Shown here: in pieces, positions 9,674 through 17,782 of the stretch
Layout of the letters: each line of letters starts with the position of its first letter
Position numbering within the stretch: the first letter of the stretch is position 1
Assembly: GCA_030830065.1 (NCBI GenBank)
Contig: JAURNR010000013.1
Span: 791 to 64,790 of the forward strand
Length of the DNA stretch: 64,000 bases
Source: Bacteroidota bacterium
Lineage (GTDB): Bacteria; Bacteroidota; Bacteroidia; NS11-12g; UBA955
Direction of reading: 5' to 3'
Position numbers and translations under genes: made by a program
Notes under the pieces: model-generated
Seen by the model: the letters and a program-made list of their open reading frames with translations, nothing else
Database searches by the model: none
What the model was told of the DNA's origin: nothing

Positions 9674-10633
9674 TTGGACAAAGTTAGGACATGCGGAAAA
9701 CTTATTTTTAAAATTGGTATGATTTATATGAATTTCGCATCTAGTTTTATGGAAAACATTCGCGTTAAACGCAAAAAACCTTCAGCTCTTCCAAGTATTT
9801 TAAGCTTAGCCTCAGTAATGTTCATTCTAGGATTATTAGGAGTGAGCATCATAGGATTTAATGGTCTTGGAAGGTATTGGCTAGAAAATAGTAGCGTGGA
9901 TGTCTATTTCCATTCTGATGTTAGCGAAGAATACGTGAAAGACTTCCAAAAACAGATGGAGAAAAAAACGTGGGTACGAGATGTTCAATATGTAAGTAAA
10001 GAGCAGGCTGTAAAAGAAATGGGAGAAAAATATGATCCTAATTTTATGTCTTATGTAGAAACAGTTTCTCTTCCCTTAAGTATAGAGATTTACCCAAAAG
10101 CAGAGTATGCAAATACGAAGTTTCTTTCTGACATCAGCCACTTTTTCAAACAAAATACAAAAGTTGAGGATGTTATTTTTCAAGAGAATTGGCTCACTTC
10201 AATAACGGCAAATTTAAAACGTGTTCAGTACTTTTTTGGTGGCTTTGCACTGATTATGATTATAGTTTCGATTATATTAATTCAAAGCTCCGTTCGTTTG
10301 GGAATTTTTGCAAATAGACACACCATAAAAAGTATGCAACTTGTAGGAGCGACGAATGGATTTATAATTCGGCCATTTGTGTCAAAATTTATTGGATACT
10401 CAATTATTGCGTTTCCGATGGCAGGAGGGACTATAGCGGCTATTTTTTGGGGGCTCCCCTATTGGATGAAAGGTGAACTAAAAATGTTTAATTCATTCAA
10501 TCAACATATTGATTTAAACTTATTAGGGATTCTTTCAATTTCTATTGCTATTTTTGGAATTGTTTTAGCAACTTTAACAAGTTGGATAAGCACAAGAAAA
10601 TTCCTAAAAACAAAAATTGAAAATCTGTACTGA
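9674..10633 (+). CDS. ftsX: cell division protein FtsX-like permease
   Basis: Basic N-terminus (RVKRKKPSALP), one TM helix, a periplasmic domain, then three C-terminal TM helices, which is the FtsX topology. The track start (TTG at 9674) overlaps the divergent exonuclease gene. The true start is probably the ATG at 9728 or 9749. Confidence 0.8.
   Translation: MDKVRTCGKLIFKIGMIYMNFASSFMENIRVKRKKPSALPSILSLASVMFILGLLGVSIIGFNGLGRYWLENSSVDVYFHSDVSEEYVKDFQKQMEKKTWVRDVQYVSKEQAVKEMGEKYDPNFMSYVETVSLPLSIEIYPKAEYANTKFLSDISHFFKQNTKVEDVIFQENWLTSITANLKRVQYFFGGFALIMIIVSIILIQSSVRLGIFANRHTIKSMQLVGATNGFIIRPFVSKFIGYSIIAFPMAGGTIAAIFWGLPYWMKGELKMFNSFNQHIDLNLLGILSISIAIFGIVLATLTSWISTRKFLKTKIENLY
9679..9686 (-). 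promoter_or_regulatory. Bacteroidota -7 promoter box (TAACTTTG on minus strand) upstream of the exonuclease gene
   Basis: Plus-strand CAAAGTTA matches TAnnTTTG, 27 nt upstream of the ATG at 9651. Confidence 0.35.
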
Positions 10634-10878
10634 TGAGCAAGAAAAATAAATCAAAAGTTGAAACGAATAATAAACCTAAAGAAGTTCGTGAATTACTATT
10701 TACCAAAGAAAATTATTACTTAGTGATTGCAAGTATTTTAATTGTAATCATTGGATTTATGTTTATGAGCGGTTCTGCTGGTGATATTTACGACTTCAGA
10801 AGAATTACTCTTGCCCCTATAGTTGTTATTATCGGTTTTATTCTTGGCATTTACGCGATTTTCTATCGTAAGAAATGA
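10633..10878 (+). CDS. DUF3098-like small membrane protein
   Basis: 81 aa with two TM helices. TGATG overlap with the ftsX stop and ATGA overlap with the uppP start. ftsX-DUF3098-uppP is a synteny I recognise from Bacteroidota. Confidence 0.6.
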   Translation: MSKKNKSKVETNNKPKEVRELLFTKENYYLVIASILIVIIGFMFMSGSAGDIYDFRRITLAPIVVIIGFILGIYAIFYRKK

Positions 10879-11639
10879 CTCTAATTGAAAATGTAATTCT
10901 TTCTGTTGTTGAAGGAATTACTGAGTTTTTACCAGTGAGCAGTACGGGTCACTTGATTATGTTTCAAAAGTGGCTAAATGTAAATGACGCCAATATTGAT
11001 ACCTACATAATCAGTATCCAATTTGGAGCAATTTTGGCTGTGGTTGGGTTATACTTTAAGCGATTCTTCAATAAAAATTGGATTAAATTTTATACGAAGC
11101 TCTTTATTGGTTTCATGCCTGCGGCTGTTTTAGGATTATTATTTGACGACTTTTTGGAAACTTTGTTAGGCAGCGGTGTAGTTGTAGGGGTTATGCTCAT
11201 TGCCGTTGGAATTCTTCTTTATTTTATCGAGGACATTTTTAAGCCAGGTACAAAAACGGTTGACTCAATGTCATGGAAAGACAGTTTAATCATAGGATTT
11301 GCTCAAACCATTGCCATGATACCAGGAACAAGCAGAAGCGCCGCGACAATCGCCGGAGCACTTGGTTGTAAATTATCGTTGAAGGAAGCAACAGAATTTT
11401 CATTCTTTCTTGCGATACCTACTTTAACTGCGGCATCGTTTTATAAGGTTTTAAAAAACTGGGAGACACTATCAGCAACCAACATTAGTGATATTGCACT
11501 TGGAAATATCTTGAGCTTCTTCACAGCTTTATTAGCGGTGAAGTTTTTTATTCAGATGGTTCAAAAGCGTGGGTTTAAGTTTTTTGCCATCTATCGTATA
11601 ATTATTGGTTCTGCTTTCTTGCTCACATTATATTTGTAA
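10875..11639 (+). CDS. uppP: undecaprenyl-diphosphate phosphatase
   Basis: 254 aa polytopic membrane protein with the GITEFLPVSSTGHL and PGTSRSAATI motifs of BacA/UppP. Confidence 0.9.
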   Translation: MTLIENVILSVVEGITEFLPVSSTGHLIMFQKWLNVNDANIDTYIISIQFGAILAVVGLYFKRFFNKNWIKFYTKLFIGFMPAAVLGLLFDDFLETLLGSGVVVGVMLIAVGILLYFIEDIFKPGTKTVDSMSWKDSLIIGFAQTIAMIPGTSRSAATIAGALGCKLSLKEATEFSFFLAIPTLTAASFYKVLKNWETLSATNISDIALGNILSFFTALLAVKFFIQMVQKRGFKFFAIYRIIIGSAFLLTLYL

Positions 11640-12306
11640 TGTGCAGAATAAAAGGAGTCTAATATTTCTAATATCATTTCTTTTAATTGGTTCAACTTTT
11701 TGCCAAAGTAATACCAAAATTGGTCGTGTTAAATATTCAGGAGGTGGCGATTGGTACAGCAGTAAAACTGCGTTGAAAAATCTATCTACCTTTTGTAATA
11801 TTCATTTAAAAACAAATATTGATACGCAAGAAGAAATTGTAGATGTGGGGTCAACTGACATATTCTATTATCCATTTTTATTTCTTACTGGGCATGGTAA
11901 TATCATTTTCAGCGAGGCAGAGGCATTAAATCTTCGAGAATATTTAATAGGTGGAGGTTTCCTTCACATTTGCGATAATTACGGACTAGATCCATACATC
12001 AGAAGGGAAATGAAAAAGGTATTCCCTGAATTAAGTTTTCAATTAGTTCCTTTAAATCATTCAGTTTATAACAAGGAATTTAAATTCCCCCAAGGGTTAA
12101 TTAAAATACATGAACACGATGCTAAACCACCTTTAGGTTTTGGCCTTTTTTGGGACGGGAAGTTAGTTTGCTTTTACGATTATGAATGCGACCTAGGAAA
12201 TGGATGGGAAGATGAAGAGGTTTATAATGATTCCCCTGAAAAACGAAGAAAGGCACTGGAAATGGGAGCTAATCTCATTTCTTATGCCTTTCGCGGTGAA
12301 AATTAA
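11605..12306 (+). CDS. DUF4159 domain-containing protein
   Basis: GRVKYSGGGDWY, PFLFLTGHGNIIFS, GGGFLHICDNYG, IKIHEHD and DLGNGWED match my memory of the DUF4159 family. The start is either the ATG at 11605 (overlapping uppP) or the in-frame GTG at 11641, just after the uppP stop. Confidence 0.7.
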   Translation: MVLLSCSHYICNVQNKRSLIFLISFLLIGSTFCQSNTKIGRVKYSGGGDWYSSKTALKNLSTFCNIHLKTNIDTQEEIVDVGSTDIFYYPFLFLTGHGNIIFSEAEALNLREYLIGGGFLHICDNYGLDPYIRREMKKVFPELSFQLVPLNHSVYNKEFKFPQGLIKIHEHDAKPPLGFGLFWDGKLVCFYDYECDLGNGWEDEEVYNDSPEKRRKALEMGANLISYAFRGEN

Positions 12307-12328
12307 ATATTTTCTTTACTGAACTGAA

Positions 12329-13645
12329 TTATTTATGGATCTCACGCACCCAAACGCGAGGGACGCTTCCTTCATAATAAAATTCCCCTTTATTTGCCTC
12401 TTTCTCTGAATTATAACGCTTAACATAAACGTAATAGCTTTTATTTCTCATATCATAGAATTTAAATGCAATTACATCCTTCATATAAAACTGCTTAATC
12501 TGCTCATTTGCTTTTTCCTCACTTGAATGCAAACCTGACACTAGATAATGACCAGGCTCGGGATTCAACTTTGGAATTGGAGGTAATTTAATTCCTGAAG
12601 AATCATGACCCAATCCAAAGTTTACCATGTCTTCATATGTTTTAGCAATTGCCTCCTTGTAGGTTCTCTCATTTTCCATCATTGCACTACCATCACCATC
12701 AAAATCAGATCCAATATCATCACCATCACCTCTAGAACCACCACCAAGGGCAGAAAATCCAATTTTAGCCGTAAATTCATGCATAGGACCTAATAGACCT
12801 CTTTGTTGACCATCAGGAACAGTATAACTGTAACCTACTAGTATATCATCTTGTGGTTTAAACCCTGCATTCACGCCCAATTGGAATAGGTTATTCATCC
12901 CAAATCCTAACCAGACTACATCCTTAAAATCTACACTTACATTTCCTTGAAAATATAAGTAGTCCCAATTATACATATTCAAGTGGAAACTGGGTTTAAG
13001 CGTGAAATCATCATCAATTGTAGCATTGTAACCTATTAATGCATTTGCTTGAGTCTGTAAGTCGTAACCGGCAGCATAATTATAGTAGGTATAATCGAAA
13101 TGCGGTTGAGGTAAACGAGATACAGCAAAACCTCCATAGAATTTCTCTGAACTTAAATACAAAGACGCTCTTAAATCAGCTCTCACAACAGGTGGGCTAA
13201 ACATTAATGCAGTGATTTTAGCATCATTTTCGTCATAATATACCGCTTTTGTTGCATCAAAATTTTGAGACAAAACACCAGCACTTACTGCGAGATTCAA
13301 ATTAATATCTGAACCTAGAGGGATTCTATAATCATAAGTAGCATATGCATTGTGCATCTCAGAAAATGCTATATTCTCTTTCATATAATATAGTCCAAAT
13401 GAAGTATTTTGTTGCGGCAAGGGCATTGCCATATTAAGGACTGTATGTTGAGGAGAGCCGGGGATATCAGTAAATAGCTTATTGTAGATTATCGTTGCAT
13501 AACCTTCTTCGCTTTCACCAATGGCCGCAGGAATTAATACTGAACGATCAAGATAAAATTGATCTATGCGTGCTCCCATTTGAGCTACTGTGGATCCAAT
13601 TAACGTAAATCCACTTATGGCAAGGGTAAAAATACTTTTTCTCAT
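12329..13645 (-). CDS. PorP/SprF-family T9SS outer-membrane protein with a C-terminal SPOR-like extension
   Basis: 438 aa. Signal peptide, then QFYLDRSVLIPAAIG (PorP/SprF-type N-terminal motif) and a beta-rich barrel region. This is followed by an acidic Gly/Asp linker (GGGSRGDGDDIGSDFDGDGS) and an extra domain of about 75 aa. It lies immediately downstream (1-nt gap) of a type B CTD adhesin. Confidence 0.7.
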   Translation of the reverse strand: MRKSIFTLAISGFTLIGSTVAQMGARIDQFYLDRSVLIPAAIGESEEGYATIIYNKLFTDIPGSPQHTVLNMAMPLPQQNTSFGLYYMKENIAFSEMHNAYATYDYRIPLGSDINLNLAVSAGVLSQNFDATKAVYYDENDAKITALMFSPPVVRADLRASLYLSSEKFYGGFAVSRLPQPHFDYTYYNYAAGYDLQTQANALIGYNATIDDDFTLKPSFHLNMYNWDYLYFQGNVSVDFKDVVWLGFGMNNLFQLGVNAGFKPQDDILVGYSYTVPDGQQRGLLGPMHEFTAKIGFSALGGGSRGDGDDIGSDFDGDGSAMMENERTYKEAIAKTYEDMVNFGLGHDSSGIKLPPIPKLNPEPGHYLVSGLHSSEEKANEQIKQFYMKDVIAFKFYDMRNKSYYVYVKRYNSEKEANKGEFYYEGSVPRVWVREIHK

Positions 13646-13646
13646 T

Positions 13647-16600
13647 TTATCTAATCACTTGAATGTAACCTCTGTATGTTTCGTTTGTTTGTCTATTGTT
13701 CATGTAGTAGAAATACACTCCATTGGGTAATTCTATTCCATTCATGTCTTTGGCTGACCAATCATTCTGATAATCCTTACTTTCATAAACACGTCTACCC
13801 TGTCGATCAGAAATTATTACATCGTACAAGAATAAATCAGGTATATCGATTAGATTCCAAGTTTGATTTTCACCATCTCCATTTGGAGTGATAATATTTG
13901 GAATCTTAACTAACGGAGGATCTATAATAAGCACCGTTACAGAGTCCATATCTTCACACCCGTTAGAATCTAACGCAGTGACATAGAATCTCATTGAATC
14001 CACCAATCGTTTCGTTGTTACCACCATACTAGTGCTATCTTCGAGATATTCAGAGGGGGTCCATTTTACATTCGACGCAGCTTTTACCAATCTAAATTCT
14101 GCTCTACGACCTCTGTATATAACCGTATCACTATATGCTTTAATATCTGCTGCGGTGTATGCAAAAACTTGAACGCTATCGGTAGACTTACAACGCCCTC
14201 CATTTATAACTTCAAATTTGTATACTCCGGTTACTGAGAACGCCTTGCTTCTATTAGTATCTAAATCTACTAACCAAACCACAGAATCACCACCGGAAAT
14301 CATGAAGGTTGCGCTGTCGCCTTTACAAAGCGGCATACTACCAGTAACAAGTTGCCAATTGGCAACAGGTCTGTCAATTAAAGTATCAATAGATTTAGTT
14401 ATTGAATCGCGACATCCATTATCACTTTCGATCGTATACTTCACAGAATGTGGACCGGCATTTGAATAATAAGTTTGTGTGATAGTCACATTTGTATCCG
14501 CTTCTCCGTTTCCAAAATCCCAGAATCTACCGATAATTGGATTTATTGAAACTGAACTTGTATCGAAGAATCTCACTGTATCTGGCACACACAATCCATT
14601 CCAGTCAAATCCGGCGGTTGGTGATGGCACAGTAATTACGGTTAAAGTTGCACTATCTGCGCATCCATTTACATTTTGAACAAACAACATTATGTCGAAT
14701 GTATCTACCTCTGTGTATGAGTGATTATTCCCGACAATAGGTGATTCAATTGTTGTATCACCCCATACCCACTTGGATATATCCAAAGTGTCGTAAGGAT
14801 CCATACCTAAATTAAAGTCGAACACAAAATTATTACCATTAAAACATTGGATAGAATCATTACCGGATACTAAGGTATCTAACATAAATGATGGATTAGG
14901 CACATAGAATGATCTAATTGTTTTTATTATTGAATCTGTACAGCCCGCATCTGAAATACCTTCCATTTTCAACTGGTATGACCCTGGGTTTGGTAATAAA
15001 TAATTGAAAGCCGTATCATCTTTGATGAATTGATAATCTAAATACCAGTAGTAGGTCATACTATCATCATTTGGATAGGTTTGAATTAACCTTCTTAACT
15101 CTGTTGAATCTCCAAAACAAACTTCATTTACATCAAAATCTGGAGTAGGTTTAGGATGAATTCTTATTTGTTGAACAGAATCGCTTAAACACATTTTATC
15201 CGAAACCAACCTTAACTGAACTCGGTACAATCCCGGACCAGGATATTGGTAATTCGTTACTGCATTTGAATCATATGTAGGATTTGGTTTTCCAAAATCA
15301 AAGTTCCAAATATACATATCAATATTACTTGAACCGGTAATACTAGAACTTGAAGCATCTGCACTTAGAGTTTCTCCCTCACAGAAATAATCCAAGTCCA
15401 TATCTATCTTTGGTAATGGAAATATTTCTATATCCTTGACAATTGAATCAATACAACCTACTGAAGTTTCTACAATAAGCTTTACTTGATTTATCCCTTT
15501 ATGAGCATTTTGGAAAATATGACTTTTATTCACCTTTTCATTTAACACGAATGTGCCTTCATACTCCCAACTCCATTGCTTCATTGTATTAGTCGGAGAA
15601 GGATCAGTTGTACTATTTGTTACAAATAAAGTAGTGTTAGGAGGAGTTTCACATTTATCTAGTGCATCTATTGCTGGCGCAGGACGAGCATAAATTACTA
15701 AATCCTGTGTTTCCTCTGCTACACAACCTTTGTTGGTTGTTCTAGTAACTACTACTTTGTAATTACCTGGACCATTAATTGTATTGAAGAAAGTATCGTT
15801 ACTCGGAATTGGATTCAAAACCGTTTTTGTTGGTTCTGGTGTTAAACCTTGAATTACATAGACTGATTTTGAAACAACATCATTATTAGGATTCCACTGG
15901 AAAGTTGCATCATAATTATCAACTGCCCAGAATTTCTCACCGTCACAAATGGTTAAATCATCAAAAGTATCTAAACCATTATTTGGGTATCTGTATACTT
16001 CGACAGATTTGTAACCTGGAAGCCTTGGTAATATTCCAATCGAAAAGGCCATATTACCCACATCGGGGTTGTTTGTTGCATTCTGAACTTGCAAACTAAC
16101 AGTGTAATTACCCGCCTTATTATAAATGTGATAAGGGTGTTCTGATGTTGCATTCGGATAGGTTACTCCTTTATATTTTGGATTTGTTTCTGCCTCATCT
16201 CCAAAGGTCCATAAAAAAGTAGCACCTGCACGATTAGTGGTAAGGTTTGTAAAAAAGATCGTATCACCTTCACATAGTCCCGCTGAATTAAATTCAAAAC
16301 TAACAAAAGGATCTGCACTACCTAAATTGTTTGCACCTCCCAAAAACGAAGCCCCTCCCTTTTTATTACCTAAAACAAAATAACCAATGGTATTTGTGGC
16401 ACTCGCGGAGATTGACCCCATACGAGAAGTAGTACCTCCTTGTGTTTTCAAAACCCATGCTGTAGCACCGTCGCTATTCAATAGTTGTAAATTAGTTGCA
16501 TCCCAAACTCCATCATCATTTGTGGTAGTATCATAATCAAATGTTAATGAGTAAGCACTCGTAACCGCAGAGGTTTCCTGAGCTCCTACTTCCCAATGGT

Positions 16601-17252
16601 TCACGCTTGAAATATTTTTTGTATTACTTGGAAGAGCAACACTAAATGCTGGCCCTCCATTTATACAACGAGCATAAAAATATTGGTCTGTAGTCTTTGA
16701 TGTACTGAAACTATTTAAAGTTACTGGACGATAATCTCCAGTAGTATGTCCAATATGCCATGTATAGGTTTTTGAGGTATTTCCCACATGATGAATAGTA
16801 TAACCGTTAATTATAAAACTACTATCGTTTCCTCCCGTTACACCAGCGCTTGATGCAGTATGTAATACTGTGTAGGATGTAACATCGACTAATCCATATT
16901 GCAATATCAGACTATCGGTAATTGTAATATTTTGAGATGTCGATGAAATAGTTAATGTTTTACCATTATTTAATCTTAGCTTATCTATGGAAAGTCCAGA
17001 AGTTACTCCTTTGATTGTAACATTTTCCGTCACATCCATAGATTCTGCATATGATCCCCCTTCAACTTCGATGTTATCTCCCGAAGCGCAAGAACTCATT
17101 GCCTTCCCTATGGTTTTAAACGGTGACCCCGAAGCACCAGTGTTATTTACATCATCACCATTTACTCCATCTACGTAATATGTAGTTTGAGCAAGAGCAA
17201 ACCCTGTTGTCATAAACATTAAAACAGCAAGGTATTTTTTTATAGTTAACAT
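13647..17252 (-). CDS. giant T9SS type B C-terminal-domain adhesin (beta-helix N-terminus plus PKD-like repeat array)
   Basis: 1201 aa. Signal peptide MLTIKKYLAVLMFMTTGFALAQ, many PKD-like repeats, and the C-terminus IPNIITPNGDGENQTWNL...GYIQVIR (type B sorting domain). Confidence 0.85.
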   Translation of the reverse strand: MLTIKKYLAVLMFMTTGFALAQTTYYVDGVNGDDVNNTGASGSPFKTIGKAMSSCASGDNIEVEGGSYAESMDVTENVTIKGVTSGLSIDKLRLNNGKTLTISSTSQNITITDSLILQYGLVDVTSYTVLHTASSAGVTGGNDSSFIINGYTIHHVGNTSKTYTWHIGHTTGDYRPVTLNSFSTSKTTDQYFYARCINGGPAFSVALPSNTKNISSVNHWEVGAQETSAVTSAYSLTFDYDTTTNDDGVWDATNLQLLNSDGATAWVLKTQGGTTSRMGSISASATNTIGYFVLGNKKGGASFLGGANNLGSADPFVSFEFNSAGLCEGDTIFFTNLTTNRAGATFLWTFGDEAETNPKYKGVTYPNATSEHPYHIYNKAGNYTVSLQVQNATNNPDVGNMAFSIGILPRLPGYKSVEVYRYPNNGLDTFDDLTICDGEKFWAVDNYDATFQWNPNNDVVSKSVYVIQGLTPEPTKTVLNPIPSNDTFFNTINGPGNYKVVVTRTTNKGCVAEETQDLVIYARPAPAIDALDKCETPPNTTLFVTNSTTDPSPTNTMKQWSWEYEGTFVLNEKVNKSHIFQNAHKGINQVKLIVETSVGCIDSIVKDIEIFPLPKIDMDLDYFCEGETLSADASSSSITGSSNIDMYIWNFDFGKPNPTYDSNAVTNYQYPGPGLYRVQLRLVSDKMCLSDSVQQIRIHPKPTPDFDVNEVCFGDSTELRRLIQTYPNDDSMTYYWYLDYQFIKDDTAFNYLLPNPGSYQLKMEGISDAGCTDSIIKTIRSFYVPNPSFMLDTLVSGNDSIQCFNGNNFVFDFNLGMDPYDTLDISKWVWGDTTIESPIVGNNHSYTEVDTFDIMLFVQNVNGCADSATLTVITVPSPTAGFDWNGLCVPDTVRFFDTSSVSINPIIGRFWDFGNGEADTNVTITQTYYSNAGPHSVKYTIESDNGCRDSITKSIDTLIDRPVANWQLVTGSMPLCKGDSATFMISGGDSVVWLVDLDTNRSKAFSVTGVYKFEVINGGRCKSTDSVQVFAYTAADIKAYSDTVIYRGRRAEFRLVKAASNVKWTPSEYLEDSTSMVVTTKRLVDSMRFYVTALDSNGCEDMDSVTVLIIDPPLVKIPNIITPNGDGENQTWNLIDIPDLFLYDVIISDRQGRRVYESKDYQNDWSAKDMNGIELPNGVYFYYMNNRQTNETYRGYIQVIR

Positions 17253-17329
17253 GATTTTTATTAGACGTTTTATTTATTTGGGATGTGCCCGATTAATTAG
17301 CTAAACTTTTTAATATGACAAATTCGTGA

Positions 17330-17743
17330 TTAAAATGGCAAGTCATCATCTGCATTTGATGAATCATTTCCCGACGCAAATGGATCTTCCACCGTCGGAG
17401 TTGTTTCGAATGGATCACTAGCAGCAATATCATTCGAATTGTCCGTATTTTGAACTGAAGGTGCAGCCATACCAGCTGTTCCTGGTCGGTCGACTTTCCA
17501 AGCTTTAATTTCAGTATACCATCTACTATTGTATTCTCTACTTTCAATATCCATTCCTATCGTGATAAATTCATTCTCTTGAATATTGAATTGGGAAATT
17601 TTGTCTCCCCAAACTGAAAAACAAACTTTTTTTGGGTATTGCCCTTGAGTTTCAATGATATAGTCTTGTTTTTTCCAAACTCCGTTTCGACCTTCCCCTG
17701 TTTGTAATGGTAGTATTTGTATAACTTTACCTGATAAATCCAT
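17330..17743 (-). CDS. DUF3127 domain-containing protein (OB-fold-like, SSB-like acidic tail)
   Basis: 137 aa. MDLSGKVIQILPLQTGEGRNGVWKKQDYIIETQGQYPKKVCFSVWGDK matches my memory of DUF3127. A low-complexity linker follows, and the protein ends in DDDLPF. Confidence 0.7.
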   Translation of the reverse strand: MDLSGKVIQILPLQTGEGRNGVWKKQDYIIETQGQYPKKVCFSVWGDKISQFNIQENEFITIGMDIESREYNSRWYTEIKAWKVDRPGTAGMAAPSVQNTDNSNDIAASDPFETTPTVEDPFASGNDSSNADDDLPF

Positions 17744-17782
17744 AAAACAAAATTAGGCAATTAAGTGCAATTCAAAAAAAAC

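Noticed and set aside
17293-17760. Two alternative minus-strand ORFs (17293-17547, 84 aa; 17557-17760, 67 aa) overlap the DUF3127 gene.
   Set aside because: They lie in different frames of the same strand as a gene with a recognisable family pattern and an SSB-like tail. Their sequences look like frame-shifted noise.
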